Assembly (NCBI GenBank): GCA_043228905.1
Contig: JBHGNT010000012.1
Span: forward strand, 8,122,001 to 8,186,000
Source of the DNA: Azolla caroliniana
Lineage: Eukaryota; Plantae; Polypodiophyta
Direction: 5' to 3'
Length of the DNA stretch: 64,000 nucleotides
Every line of letters starts with the position of its first letter. The stretch's first letter is position 1. This document shows, one piece after another, positions 49,490 through 63,524 of the stretch. The notes beneath the pieces were generated by a model. It saw nothing but the letters and a program-made list of their open reading frames with translations, had not been told where the DNA came from and ran no database searches. The position numbers and the translations under genes are program-made.

Positions 49490-49514
49490 TAGCTTTTATA
49501 AAAGCCTTTTATAT
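49490..49514 (-). promoter_or_regulatory. Possible TATA region of the TRM gene (palindromic GCTTTTATAAAAGC plus adjacent TATAAAA)
   Basis: Two TATAAAA motifs on the minus strand ~250 bp upstream of the proposed ATG. Confidence 0.35.
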
Positions 49515-52374
49515 GTGTGTGTAAATCTCTCTACTTTTGTAGTGGGTTCTGGAGGAGCCTACATACATTTACTTTAGAGGAACCTCTTCCTTCCTTTTCA
49601 CACTTTCACACTTTCCCCCCCCCCCATGTTTGAAGTGCCACATTTTGATTGATCGAACCCATATTGTCTCATTTTTTTTCGAATGCTTATGGACTAAATT
49701 GCATCAATTTGATGATTAAAACTGAATCACTTATTGAAATACTTTGTGGGTTCTATAGACGAAACAAAAATCGCATCATTATGACGGGAAATTGCATCGT
49801 GTTTTTTCCTGACTTATTTAGGCTAGATGCAGACGAAATCACATTCACCTTTTGTTTTAGGTGCTACTTTCCGTGTCCAAGAAGCAAAACTGCATCCCCT
49901 TGTTATGAGAAAAGATGTTGGCTTTCGACACTCCATAATAGATAGTGTACCTTTTTAGATTAGAGTCGTACCCCAACAGCAAAGCCATGGTTTTCACTAA
50001 GCCAAGCACTAGGGTTCAAAGCTCATTGCATGCGCTACTTTACTAGATGGCCAAAACTGCTTTCCTATAAAGTTTCTTATGACCTATATCATCCCATTGA
50101 AATCATGGCCATGGAAAGGGGTTCTTTAGTATATGCATAAGGGTAAAAACAAAAACCTCACATCGACTTTTCTAGAACTGCATGAGAAGTAGGAAGATGC
50201 AAAAGACACATCAAAACAGAATTTGAGTTTCGGATGGATGCTAGGTATGAAGAAATAGTTTAGAAAAATAAGATGCATTGCATTTACTTCGTGATGCATC
50301 AATAATTCCTTTGTGAATGAGGCGTTTTTGAAATGCCCAATGCATCACAACTTAGGAAAGATGTGGAGGTTCTCCTTTCACACATGATTTACTTAGGTCA
50401 CATTATCTTCAATGTGAGACATTGAGTTTTGGTACATTTGAGGAAACTTATCTATAATTGTGCATATTCTGTTGTGAGCAAGTTTGGAAGTCTGAGTATC
50501 ACACGTTGATACAATATGTTTCCTTCGACCACAATAAAGTTAACTTTCCACAATGTCTCAATCCAATTCCTCCCTACACACTTTCCTCGCATAGTTACAA
50601 TGTGTACTCTTGATTGCAATATTCAACAATACAATTCTTGACCATTGAGAATAAGATACTATGTAAAAATTCACTCTCGATCCCATAGGTCATTTTTATC
50701 TACAAGGACGACAACATAATCTTGCTATCTATCTTCATTCTCATGTCTTTATTGTTTTACTCTTTATTTTTTGTGCGCTTCATGGTTGGGATTGCCTAAG
50801 CGAGGAAGGAATTTACTCTCTTTTGAAACCATTATTTTTAAAAGCCTTAAAACTAGGAAAGATTAAATATTAATTGATATTTATCGTTCCTATTTTACTC
50901 AATCATATAATAGTTACATCAAATATGCATAGCTCATGAGGATTTGTCAGAGTTGTAGTTCTTCTCAACATCAACATAGTATAACGTAATGCTAAATTTT
51001 CACTTTCTCTAGTTAGTTTTGCAAATAAGAAGCAAGATCAACATTGTGTATTGTTAAGTAGTGTCTTGTTTCAATAATAAAAAATGTGTATCTAAAATCG
51101 AAAGCCTCAAGAGTATGTAAGCTAGTAGTCACTTGTGAACACATACTCAAATCAATGATTGTGGCCATAATGCTACCAAACATTATTATATTTTAATTCT
51201 AATGGATGATTCCATGCATATGTTTGTGTGACCAAAAACTATAGCATGCGTGTATCCATACTAGAAGCACTTGAAGATTGATTGTTTATGTTTTTGCCAC
51301 TACATTAAAGAAACAATCCTCAAATATTTTCCAATGTCCTTCAACAAAAAGTAGTATGTGTTAAGGTAAAGGAAGAAAATGTTGCCTCAAATGTCGCCTA
51401 GTGTGAATGGTTATGTTGAATTGTGAGATTTCTAATGGGACAAAACATTCTCTCCTCCTCCTATGTCATGGCTTAAAAAGGGGCATTTAAGAAGCTTTGG
51501 CTTTTATATTATTGGGGATGTGGGATACATTATCCACAATTTGTGGACAATAGCCCTTGAGTATGCCATCTACATTGAAAAACGAAACGCCTTAGGGTCT
51601 TACTTACAAATCGAGTCAAATACATCGCATTTGATGAAGAGAACTACACGACTATTTCTCCTTGTTTCATTTCCCTTGTTCAAACCTTAATGTGACATTA
51701 CTTTCTTCACCAAGCTTCCATCTTGAACAATGTTTGTCACAATAAGAAAGGACAAGTGGGGATCCATCCATCAAGTGACTCACATTTTTCCATAACAATT
51801 GTCTTTGCAAACTTATGTCTCCATCAATACATCTACCAAGTTCTAACTTCTAACGATTCATCATGACGTTCCTTTGTAAAAGGTAAAATTTTGCCAAGCT
51901 CTTGCGGGAAAGGAGAATTTTGTTTAAATTATATCTATACAAGAAAAACTAGTATTAAGAGTACATATATGCATTTTTTTACCACTTGGTATGTTTATTT
52001 CCCTTTTTGTATCACTCCTATTTTTCTACTTTTTACCTTTGAAATCAGTATAATCTACGTCTTCTAGATTTGTTCTTACCAAAATAATCTAGCTTTGAGC
52101 AATGTTTTGACATGTAAAACCCCTCTTCTAGAGAATGCATTGTGTTTTTTTTCACCGGCTATATGCATTAAATTTTTGTCACATGATCTATCCTTTCAAA
52201 GTGACATATTAGAAATAAGAGAGCAAGGTGAGAGCACTCAAAAAGTTAGTAAACACTTAATTGATGGCAATTGCCTTCTGGTCTCATATGAGCTCTTATT
52301 TATAGTTTGAAAGAAATATTGCATACAATTGTTTTGTATGTGCAATGACTCGTAAGTATACATAATAAGGGTAC

Positions 52375-52738
52375 ATGGATATATTGTTCACGGTTATCAG
52401 TTGCCTACGAGGGCAATTGGACGAGGTTTGCGGCCACTCCAAAGACATGGTCACTGCATGTTTGTGCTTCTGGCAGAAATGGCGGAACATGCCGATGGTG
52501 ACGCAAGGAGGAAACGGCCCAAGGTGGAACTACCAGCCCCCACGTTGGTTGTTTCCTACTCACCTCCCATCCTCCCTTTGTTGTAGGCCATAGGATCTGG
52601 CTCGTATGTAGGTAATCTCATATTCTCGAACTCGGTTGGAGGATGATTCCCGGATTTATGTATAAGGCACCTTGTATAGACTTTATGTAATAATCTCTCC
52701 TAACTAATGGGAAAGTAGCTTCTTTTTGAAAAAAAAAA
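52375..52738 (+). mobile_element. Short 3' fragment of a LINE related to 36662-42031, with poly(A)
   Basis: Encodes MDI..ISCLRGQL..FWQKWRN.PMV.QGG.GPRWNYQPPRWLFP. Its terminus CCTAACTAATGGGAAAGTAGCTT..GAAAAAAAAAA matches the large LINE's 3' end; GGTACAT flanks both sides (52370-52376, 52740-52746). Confidence 0.88.
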
Positions 52739-55700
52739 TGGTACATAAAGTAATTTCCATGGACATGTAAAACTCAAAATAGAACAATGCCCTAATTCAA
52801 AAGTTGACGTTACAAAATGTCTAGTGTAACCTTATTTCTAAATGTCTAATGTACCTTTTCCACACAATTTTAAGGGCACCCAAAGGCCAACATTCAATAT
52901 TTTCTATGTTGACTCTAACGTTCATTTACTTAGGTATATTACGATAACCCCAACTAATTCTAGATCTAACCATGTCTTTAATAGTTTGATGAGGTAGTTT
53001 GTTGACTATAACAAAACAACAATATGGGCCATCTTGATTGTTGGAATATATAATATGTCGTCGTGAAATAAAAGCATTTCAACTTACTAGATTGGTGTAA
53101 CATTTCACAGATAGTCTTGGTCTTTTGTTATTCAAGTGGCATGGTCTTTGGCCTCTCAAAAAAAGACCAAACATATCCATATGAAGAACCACTTCATCAA
53201 TGGATGTCCATGCATAATCAAATCGAGATTGTCAAGATAAAGACCAAAGGTATCAAGTTGATATTGTCACTTACACCTCCGTTTTCAACATTGTTTACCA
53301 TACTTGTCTTTGCCAATTGTTGATTGATGTGCCCATGGCTATGGCAAAATTGGCATAGTTATGCCTCTAAGGCATGCATAACACCATTTTTGCAAAAGCA
53401 CTGAGTTAGGAATGCCTACAACTCCAAGTTAAGTTGAGCATTGTTTAATCTCTAGGTCAAACATAGTGTAGTCTCTATGAATTAGGATGGAATTTTCATC
53501 AAGGAGATTGGTGGTTTTGCAATGCCAAGTTATGAGGTTGGTTCAAGTTGGCTAAACTAGAGATCCCCATAACACTTTCACATATTATGGCTTGGATGGC
53601 TTATACTAGAATATGGGGATCCTTTTTATGAGCTTCGACAAGCGCATTGGGGAACCTTATTAGTAGTTTTGACATTCAAAGAAATTTATCAACCAACACA
53701 TCTCGCCTATAAGACTTCAAAATGCAAGGTTTCCATTAATCATTTATCATTTACTAGATAGATCAAAATCTCGAACTATTAGAAAAGTAACAAAAATAAC
53801 ATATACTAGAAAAAACAAGAATATGTTGATTCTATTGTCATATAGTCCAGACTATTCTTACGACAATTTAAACCAATATATTTCCTCTTGGAATGTAAAA
53901 GCCTCATCGTTCACAATCATGGATGAACTAGACCTATGATGAATGCCCCTCAAGCATGCAATCAACTTAAAGAGTCTCATACATAATTTTGGGTCTTAAT
54001 TTATAGCAACATCTCGTTTTGAATCAACATTTGATGACATTAACTTCTAGAAAAATTGTCCTTGTTCCTTTCTCTATAACAGTTGGAATCCTCATTGTCA
54101 CATTATTACTCATGGGAAGCTTACACATGGGAAATTGATGTATGGAGGACACAAACTTTTACATAACATCCATTGAGTTGGTATTCACTCAATTAATGCA
54201 ACTACCAAGTCCTAATGACTAATCATGATTTTCCTTTGTAAAAGTACAAATTTGCATACCAAGTGTCTACAAATACCCAACAGAAGAAAAAATAATTGCA
54301 TATATCCATCTATGAGAAAACCGTGGTAGGTAGAGTACACAAACATCAACCATTTACAGTTGGAAACACTCACTTGCCTTTTTACTAGTCTAAAATTCTA
54401 TTTTGCTTTGCCATTTTAACTTTCCACGATCATATCGTCTCGTTTTCCTCTTTGTCAAAATAAATTAGATTAACTTTGATTGGTTTTACATGATTATAGA
54501 TTCTTGTCTCATAGGGCTGATGCACACTTATAAGCATACATAGGAGTTTATGTTGAATCAACCCCATATAGACTTAACCCGAGATGCTAATTTCATATAA
54601 ACTAAATAGGCCATTAATGACATCCATTTAATTTATAACGCTTGTTGTAGATACCATGTTATTATTAAAGATAATTGTGAGAAATATCATTTCGTCACCA
54701 TGTTTTCTTTGCTACCTCCTTTACCTATTCTATTAATAATGTTGGTGGAAATTATATTAATGGTCATAGAAAGGTATTGTTACAAAGGTTTATTATCACA
54801 AAAATAGATGAATAAGACTAATCATTTGATACATGGCACATGCACAATGCACACTATACAATAGACAACCTGATAAATATCGTTATTCATCTTCATGATG
54901 TTTAGTCCAAACAAATGAGCATATTTTTTTGGTTTTAAGTAGTTGATGTATTCATTAGGTATTTGTATGATAGACATGATTTGTAGGTTGATGTACATGT
55001 CATAGTCGAAATCACAAACACTATAACTTCTACGAAATACAACTAGTGTATTGTGGATATTGTAACCCCATAGGTGTATGCTATGGATGTCTTAACAAAT
55101 TTCTTTGGTTTATTATGATAATTCATGTGCATAATGCATTTTTATTTTAATATATTTTTGTTATATACATTTGCCGTATGTATTACATCTAAATGGGAAA
55201 TCATAGTGGTGACGAACAAGTTGTTGTCCCCATTAATAACAACATGGACAATCAAGTTGATTGGTGGGTATTTACGGAAAATTAATTTCTACCTCCAAAA
55301 TCCAATGAGATGTAGGGATCATTGTGATACCTAATCTTTTAGAATTTTATTTATCTATATTATGTTCACTTCTTGTGTAGTGGCACTAGTTGTGGACAAG
55401 TTGAAATTTCTTTGTATTTTTAGTTTAATTATTACAACTGGCTCATACAATAATGTTATTTATTAATTTCACGGAAAGTCCTGACCCAATTTCCACCTTT
55501 GATGTAAAACAAAATGCATATGTAAACATTGTAACGAAGACACAATGATTATTCTTTATTGGTCAATTCCCATCAACAACATAGTAGAACTATGGTAACA
55601 GTAATAATTGAACATCGCACATTTTTTTATTGTTCTCTAGACATACCCATGAACTTTCTCTTCAACGTTATACATTATTATGTTACACCATATCCAATAT

Positions 55701-57616
55701 TTATATTCTATATGATTAGTATTGACTAGAGAAAGATGATTTAAGAAGTCCTTCAAGTCAACATAATTGATGTTGCATATGGATTTCCCCATTTCCATGG
55801 GTACTCATTCCAAGCACCTCATAATAACTGCCATTTATCTCGTGTGTACGTTACATGTGTTGGTGGTCTAGTCCCTTTAGCCATCTATAGTATTCATGCA
55901 TAGCAAGGATTTATAATGTGCTTGGTGGCATGAAAGTGTGTAATGTTCTTGTTTGATCATTTCAAGCCTTATTTGTTCATTGATCAATGTTGGGTAGCTT
56001 AGCATATTCTACGGTCTCTACAAAGTAAAAACACTTTAATTACAACTTAAAACATAATATAATTGACATTGTGACCACATGTTTGAAAATAAAAAGCATT
56101 TAAAATTTTGTTACTTCATGAAACTAGAAACGAAGGAAACAAAGTCACAATACATTGGTAGTTTTTTTCCGAGAGAAAACTAACTGCTTCCAATTAGTTA
56201 GGTGAATCACATATATAGATTAGGCTATGTACACTCTATGTATCTATAGATACTCTATTATTTACAGGTTGCTTTCATATATATTTGGCTATTGTTGTGT
56301 GATACCTTAGATAAAAAGGGGGGCAATCACTGTCCACATAACAACAATTGGTTGCATGAGAAACCTTGTAAATTTTCATCAAGCACCAAAACATAGCTAG
56401 GGCTTTTGAATGCAATGTGCTTGATAAAATACATGTATTTTTATTGTTCAAAATTTAGGAGACATGTTGACATCCACATATGCTTTTGTCCTAAAATTGT
56501 AAATGCAAGTCAGATATTACAAAATTATACTTGGATTCTAGCATAGTACAATGATATGCAAATTTTTGTTATTTATAATTTTCTTATATGCAATTCCTCA
56601 ATAATGTTGGTGGATTGAAGATGTGGGGAGGTATCAATTGGCACAAATCCTGTGCAACATGGCTTTCTCATGAAGCACATCCTGCATGGCACCCACATCT
56701 TGCTTTCAAGTAGATCAATCAGGGAGTGAGCACTAAATATTTGGGTTTCCAAATTGGATTCAACATTCCTCCGGAGACTATGATTGCACTAGTTATTCAC
56801 TCCATTAGACAAAAGTTACTACATTGGAGCTCGTAAAAACTCTTGCTAGCAAGTTGCATCATAGAGGCAAACCTGATATTACTTGCAACAACATGGTACA
56901 ACCTAATATCATGTTGGACAATATCCAAGGAAAGTATACACCAGATTCAACGATTGGTACACAACTACATTAGATTTGGTAAGGAAGATCATGCAACCCA
57001 GGGCAAGGTGGCGTGGCCTATACTCACATCATCAAAGTCGAGGGCAGGATTGGGTCTAATTGATTCCCTCTCACAATCCAAAGAACTAATTGCCAAATTT
57101 ATGGTGTGAGGACTCCAACCAGGGGAGGACTACTGTAAAATGCAATTGAGGTTACGTTTCGCTTACTTTAGGTCACGAAAAAGGGCTAATTGGGCCCCTC
57201 AAACGGGATGTATTCTAAACATGGATCTAAAATCTAGTTTCTCACGCCAATTGGAGGATAGATTTATTGCATCCATGTGGAAGGCGTGGTGTGACATTAC
57301 ACAAGGGCTCAAGTGCGATCAACCTAAATCCGAACATGCCTGGCTTAGTCAACGCATCCTATGGAACCCATGTATCAGAGATGAAGGTGATCAACTAATT
57401 GGCTCAAGTAAGGGATTGTCATGGGGATACATTGCAGAAGGTCTAAGAAAGAGTATATACTATTGGAGACGGTTTATGTCATTGCCAATACAAGATTAGG
57501 CCAATATACTCCATGGAATCAGGGGCGGGTGGACAATGGAATATGAAATCATTAACGCTCTATTGCTTAGGGAAGTTGCTAATCAAAAGATGACAATGGA
57601 GAAGCGGATAGGCTAT

Positions 57617-58626
57617 TGATGGAGAGATATAGAAAAAAATAGAGAAGAAAAGAGGAAGAGAAAGGAATATTTTAATATACTATTAGGAACACAATACAAT
57701 ATTCTTGGACTCTAAAAAGAACAATCCCACCAAAGAACTACGTTAATCTCAATGACACTAGTCGATAATAGTCTTTCCTTCTTCTCTCTTTCTTCTACTA
57801 AGATTCCTCTCACTTCTTCTAGCCATCTTATTCTTCCTCCTTTTTAATTGCTAAGAATACCCTCCTATTTATAGGTTTTTAGTTGCGTTATTCTTGCTTT
57901 TTTCTTTTCTTTTCTTTTTACATATCCTCCAGGATATGAGATGAAGAAGTTATGAATCTTTTTACTTATCCTCAAGCAAGGCAAAGAATCTTTTCTTTTG
58001 AAATTTGGATATGAGATGAAGAAGTTATGAATCTTTTTACTTATCCTCAAGCAAGGCAAAGAATCTTTTCTTTTGAAATTTGGATATGAGATGAAGAAGT
58101 TATGAGCTTTATTCTTTGCCTTGCTTTTTTTGCGTCTTTTTTCTTGCTTTTTCTACTTTTGAAAAACGCCTCTAACTTTATATCCCTTCAAGTTCCTTTC
58201 TCTGTTAATGCTTGATCCTTTCCTATTGAACAATCTTTTCTTAGGAAAAAGACTGCCTTCACAACTACAAGGAAGAGGGCTCTTTGATCCCAAGAGTTAA
58301 GGAACCACTAGGTAGGATTGAAGGTCATGAATTGCGAGACAATGAGGCACAAACATTGAATATAGTAATTCGAGTACTTCCATATACTAGTCATAAATAG
58401 ATTATAGATCTTGGTCTGATCAAAGTTCAACCAGAATGGCACATATGTACTCATGAGAAGACATGGCCACCTAAGGTTAGTTGGGACCCTTTGCAATGAA
58501 TGTGGCATGATCCTTATGTGGGTCAAGGAAGCAAATCTATTCCTTTATTCCAATTCTCAAACCGCCCGAGACTCAACTGCTACAAAGGTCTGCACACATA
58601 TCATGTTCCTCACACAATTATCATCA
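57617..58626 (-). mobile_element. LTR-like insertion in the old LINE containing a 75-bp tandem repeat (2.3 copies, 57932-58104)
   Basis: Begins TGATG and ends CATCA; CCTATAAATAGG on the minus strand at ~57864-57875; no clean TSD, boundaries approximate. Confidence 0.5.
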
Positions 58627-59115
58627 AGTTTTGGCAGAAAATCTAGAAACAACATCATGTGAGGTGAATTACTACGTTCCAATGATTATTAATACGTAAG
58701 GCACTACCGGTTGGAGCATGGTAGCATGAGAACCTTAGCTCTCCTAATTGTGTAGTGTGCCCAAATGCAACAAAATCAATCCGACATGCATTGTGGGAAT
58801 GCTCAGAGACCCATCGAATATGGTGGGGGGTTGGCTGCCTATTGCAATTATGCTAGGTGCAAGCACACTCAAGTGGGGAAATATATGTTGGTTATCATGG
58901 CAAGCCTCAATTGACAGGTACGAGCATTAGGAGGAGGGGATGACTTTGGTGGTGAAAGCACAAGAGATTTTTTTTCCCACCATCAACAATATCCACACAA
59001 CTCCTATTACTGAATTAGTTAGCCCAATAACTCTTTGGACACTATGGAAACAGAGGTGTGGACGGGTCTTCTCCAACCAAACAACACATCCAATAATGTT
59101 AATGCAAGAGATATA

Positions 59116-59806
59116 TGTGAAAGTGTTTTTAGAATTTAAGCTATTGAACACTAGAAGAATATAAGGTATGGAGCATTCACATTTGGAGGGCAAAACTGAA
59201 CCAAGATATTAAGGAGAAGTCAAACTAAAAGTAAGAGACATGGATAAAAGTAAAAGGAGAAAAAGTGGACCATCTAAAAACAATCTAAAAAACATGGTCA
59301 TAACTCTTTCGTTTGAAACCCAAATATCATGTCCAAATATGGGTTGGAAAGCTCGTGAAGAGAGATATCTTTAGATTTTTACATCTCTAAATTTGGAGCT
59401 CTACTGAGGGACATATGGTGATTAGAATGTCGCTATGTCATAGCTAAAAATAGGAGATGAAAAACGTCTAAAAAAAACATGAAAAAGAGAGGAAGGAGCA
59501 AGAATAAGAGGATTATAAGAAGAGAGAAGGGGAGGATAGAGGAGGATCTAGGAATTGATACCTTTGTAATAAGGGGAGGAGAGTAAGGTTGTGTGTAGAG
59601 GCTCTTGATCTCTTCTTTGTGTGCGTATTTTCTTTCTTGGTCATGTAGGGTGTTTGAGGTGTTATCAATATATCTTTGTAGATTTGGAGAGATATATCTT
59701 TTTTCTCTCTTCCTTCCATCATGATCATTCATTATCAATAAATCTTTATGGATTTAGATTTATATATATTCTTTTCTCTCTCCTTTTTCTATCATCATCA
59801 TCATCA
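59116..59806 (+). mobile_element. Solo LTR (691 bp) inside the old LINE
   Basis: TG...CA ends, flanks ATATA / ATATG (4 of 5 TSD match); removing it restores the LINE reading MQEI-WSEVV; TATA-like TATAAG and GA-rich tract inside. Confidence 0.7.
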
Positions 59807-60316
59807 ATATGGAGTGAAGTTGTAGCCACTCTAAAGAGCCAATACGATGGCCTCAAGGGCGTCTGCGATAGAGTTGAAAGACAACGACTAGCCTTCATTC
59901 AACAATGGTCATCCTCTCCCTTTCTTGAGTTAGTGGGCATCCACATAAGATGGAACTATCACATCCATACAGGGATTTGTATATAACACTCTCATCTATA
60001 AAATTTTATAACTAATGGAAGAAGTGTTTTTTTGAAAGAAAAAAACACATAACAATAACTTCTCGATTAAAGATTCAGATTTTTATAATAACATTTGACA
60101 TTCTCTTTGTGTTGACGAGTATTACATGACAAAGATTTAATGTTTACTTATTCTTTAACAAAACATTGAAGTTTTAAAACATGATGTCTTGATATGGGGG
60201 GTCTAAAGGTAGAAGATAGAGAAAAAGTAGACAACCACAAATATATACAATGAAAACATTAATATTATAAGGAAAGGTATACAACCAAATGGTTAAGGCT
60301 ATAGACTATGTGAAAT

Positions 60317-61010
60317 AAGGGGGGTAAAGTTGTAGTCCTAGTTGGCCCACTAGTGAGCTATCATTGTACATTTTTTATGGAAAAAGGGTAGGTGAGCATT
60401 CAATGAAACTTGTAGGTGCCTCTTTGAATATAAAAAGGGGAGAGGAGGCCTCGATTCTTCTTCTTGGGTTTTTGAGACTTTAAAGGGTTTTGGGTGGTCT
60501 TTATTTTTTGAATTAGGGTTTTTGTCTTCTTCTTGTTCTTACTTGGAGTTTAGCATGGGGAGAGTGTTGTGTATGAGTGGAGTTTGAACCACTTTTCTTT
60601 CATCATCTTCTATTTATGTTTTATGAAGTTCTTCTTCTTCTCAACTTTTATTGTGTGTTGGGCAAGCATGGAGGAGAAAAGTTGGAAGACAGTTCAGTTC
60701 ATTGGTCGAGGAAAGAAGCTCCAAGTGGCACGTAGTAGGGCACATCAACAAGAGGCTACGTAATCGTTGATCATAGGTGGCCTCGTCAAAGACCAAGAAG
60801 TTTGGATCCTCACCCTTAGCTTAACTGCCCCCTTAACTTTTTTTATTACCATGATAAACATTTCTCATAATTACTATTGTGGTTATTTTGTAATCACTTT
60901 GTAAACCTTATTTTTTAAAGGGATTGTAAAACTAGAGTTTTGGTCTTAATCTAGGTTTATTGTATTAAACAAGTGTACTTAGCCGTAATCTTGTGTTAAT
61001 CACTTGGGCA
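60317..61010 (+). mobile_element. Probable LTR remnant preceded by a PPT-like tract
   Basis: AAGGGGGG then TGTAGT at ~60331; TATAAAAAGGG at ~60429; right end undefined. Confidence 0.4.
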
Positions 61011-61011
61011 C

Positions 61012-61383
61012 TGTCATGTTGAGAGGGAGAGAGAGAGGGAGAGAGAGAGGGAGCAAGCTTCAATTGTGGCGATTGTAAAAGGTGAAGGAATTCCTCCACT
61101 TTGAGGTTTCCTTCAGTCTAAGCTTTGAATTGAAAGTTCTATTTCACAAAAGGGGAAATTACACAAGGCAACACATGAAGGAGTTAAAAGTCTAAGCTTT
61201 CCTCCACTTTGAGGTTTCCTTCAGTCTAAGCTTTGAATTGAAAGTTCTATTTCACAAAAGGGGAAATTACACAAGGCAACACATGAAGGAGTTAAAAGTA
61301 TTTTCTCATGGCTTCATGTCCTCCCTAGTTTAGGTTCCTTGCGGTCCCAATCGAGCAACACATGCACGCGCATTTACATGACA
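61012..61383. mobile_element. Small element with TGTCATGT...ACATGACA termini and an internal 108-bp tandem duplication (61091-61299)
   Basis: 8-bp terminal inverted repeat; CCTCCACTTTGAGG...GAGTTAAAAGT occurs at 61093 and 61201; no TSD found. Confidence 0.45.
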
Positions 61384-62169
61384 ACTTAAGATTTAAAATA
61401 TAGTAAAAGACTTACAATAAAATTAGATAACATGCAATAAGACATAATATAGTAGGTTTCATAAACTTCAATTCCAAAACTCTCATGACTTCATAAGTTT
61501 ATACTTTGATTCCTCCAAAGTTTTTTTCGCTAAACATGTTTTAAGTTTATATTACAAACTTATGTATAATGACCAAGCACTAGCATACATGTAAACCAAT
61601 AATACACATCATCTTCAATTTGTTCATCCACAAATCAAACAATGTGCACATTATCGTTTCTCTCATCTAAATCATTATGATTCATACCTTTTTCATTTCC
61701 ATAATCCTTTTCAACTATAAATGGAATAGTTTCTTCCTTATGTAGGCATAAAATTTTCATTTACATTATCAAGTATAGAAGAAAGTTCAATTATACACAT
61801 ATTTGTTGCAATAAAATCTATGTCAATGGCTTTTCTTAGTGCTAAGGTGGCTCCTTTTCTTATTTGTAATGTCACAATGTTGCGTAAAAACGTGCATATG
61901 TGTGCTACTTGAGGGGGACCATGGAGGACATTTGCCACGTAAGAAGATTCTTTTGACCTCTTCTTTTGCTCACCTTGCATGGTGTCAACGTGAACATAAG
62001 AATTGAAGTGAATGATGGAGTCGATGATGTGTACAAAGGACTCAACGAGAACAAAGAAGCAAAGTGAAAGGAGTCAATGCAATCAAAAGACGACAATGCC
62101 AATGTAGGAGTCGAAGTAACTAATGGCACACTTGAGAAGAAGAAGAAGAAGAAGAAGAAGAAGAAGAAA

Positions 62170-62375
62170 ATGATGATTTTCAAACTCTTTCCAAGTAGAT
62201 TTAGAGATGTTACCACCCCATAGAGAAGCACCGGTGTCACCAAAGTGTTGGAAAGGTATTTCTTGAGGACCCAACACTTAATATCTCCATGATTGCATGT
62301 GTTCTCAAATGCATAATATGATCGCTTGTAAGAGAAAAGAAATACAAAGCTTTTGTCTATCTTGCTTCTTATCAT
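62170..62375 (-). mobile_element. Fragment of a different non-LTR retrotransposon RT (C-terminal part)
   Basis: Minus strand ..YYAFENTC..WVLKKYL.NTLVTPVLLYGV..ISKSTWKEFEN resembles the P(V/I)LLYG region of RTE/L2-type RTs; next to a (GAA)n tract. Confidence 0.45.
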
Positions 62376-62465
62376 CTCAAGCTTAAATATTCCTATTTAG
62401 TCTAGTTGTGTTGTATGTTGTACACTAATATACAGGTCCTCAATAATCTTCCGCAATACTTTATT

Positions 62466-63048
62466 CAACATTTGGTATCAGAGAGACATTGTTGTTCGGG
62501 GCAACAAACAATGAAAAGTTGACAAAAGAAGCTAGCTGAAAGAAAAATACAAAACCAACAACATAGTCTGACACTAGTGTGGAAATCGGAAGTTTGACGG
62601 AAAGAACTTCTCCTTGTGGAAGGAAATGATGCAAGGTTGTTGATAATCTGGCGACAAATAGAACCCATTCGACACAACATTAGACCCGATTCAATGTCAG
62701 TCAAAGAATGGAGATTTTTGGACGAAATCTCCAGATCTATCATTCGAATGCGCTTGGCTGAAAACGTCTAGATTTTAGCATGGCGAAGGAGACATCAACA
62801 TTCTCTTTGTGGGAGAAACTTCAAGCCTCATACAAGAAAAAGTCTTCCTATACATATTCGATAGTTATTCAATATGAAGATAAGAGAGACAGATGTGGTG
62901 ACCCCCACAAAAACACCTTCATCTGGGTGTTGTCTGAGCTCTCCTCCCAAGGGATTTACTTCGAAGAAGAAGTTAAAGCCCTTGCCCTCCTTTTGAGCTT
63001 GCCGTTGAGTTGGGAAGTATTTTGCACGACATTCACCAACAACTACCC
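62466..63048 (+). pseudogene. Degenerate Copia 5' end: LTR end (CAACA), PBS and gag fragment
   Basis: CAACA TT TGGTATCAGA at 62466-62482; KFDGKNFSLWKEMMQ and EEEVKALALLLSLPLSWEVFCTT (UBN2/gag-like) with frameshifts; interrupted at 63049. Confidence 0.75.
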
Positions 63049-63524
63049 TGTAAAGATTATGCGTGGAAGCTAGAATAGAACATAACCGACTCAATGAGAT
63101 AGCAATAGAGAATACACAAAGAGTATGGAGATACACAAAATGTGTGTGTGTGAGAGAGAGAGAGAGAGGGAGGGAGAGAGACTAGTAAAACTTGAATTCA
63201 AAATAATATGCTCTATACATACAAATGTGCTCAAAGAGCACTTTTATACAATCCCTAACAACGGGCTGACACAAGTATTGTTAGTACTTTAATGCTCTCA
63301 TAAGAGCATCTGGCACTAACTCCTAAAGTTATTCTTGCTTGATGAAAATAGGAGCATGGGCCTCAAAAGGCCTATCGACTCCCCACTGATCTGGCTCCAC
63401 CGATCCAGGCCTAGCCGATCTATCTTCATCCGATCTGGCTCGTGGCTTACTCAGCCGATACAACCCATGTTGAGCTTGCTTCTCAACACTCCCCTTCAAG
63501 CTTAACTTGAGTTTCCTCCTACTT
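63049..63524 (-). mobile_element. 3' LTR (440 bp, 63488-63049), PPT and last pol codons of a minus-strand Copia inserted into the gag fragment
   Basis: Minus strand CTTGAAGGGGAG|TGTTGAGA ... CTTTACA; TATA-like GTATAAAAG; ETQVKLEGEC typical of a Copia pol end. Confidence 0.7.

Larger units (their letters stand above)
56625..60045 (+). mobile_element. Old degraded L1-like LINE (post-RT to 3' end), interrupted by two LTR-like insertions
   Basis: Fragments INWHKS..KYLGF, KSRAGLGLID, LWNPCIR, CVVC..IRHALWEC, LWTLWKQRC, MQEI|WSEV..IRWNY, and an A-rich tail at ~60034-60045; many stops and frameshifts. Confidence 0.8.

Noticed and set aside
49600-56600. Possible decayed transposase or Helitron remnants in the AT-rich stretch
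   Set aside because: Apart from the LINE tail at 52375, no motif could be recognised confidently by eye; it would need a translated search.
61905-62375. 156-aa ORF with a poly-Phe tract
   Set aside because: The poly-Phe comes from a (GAA)n microsatellite fused to a LINE fragment.
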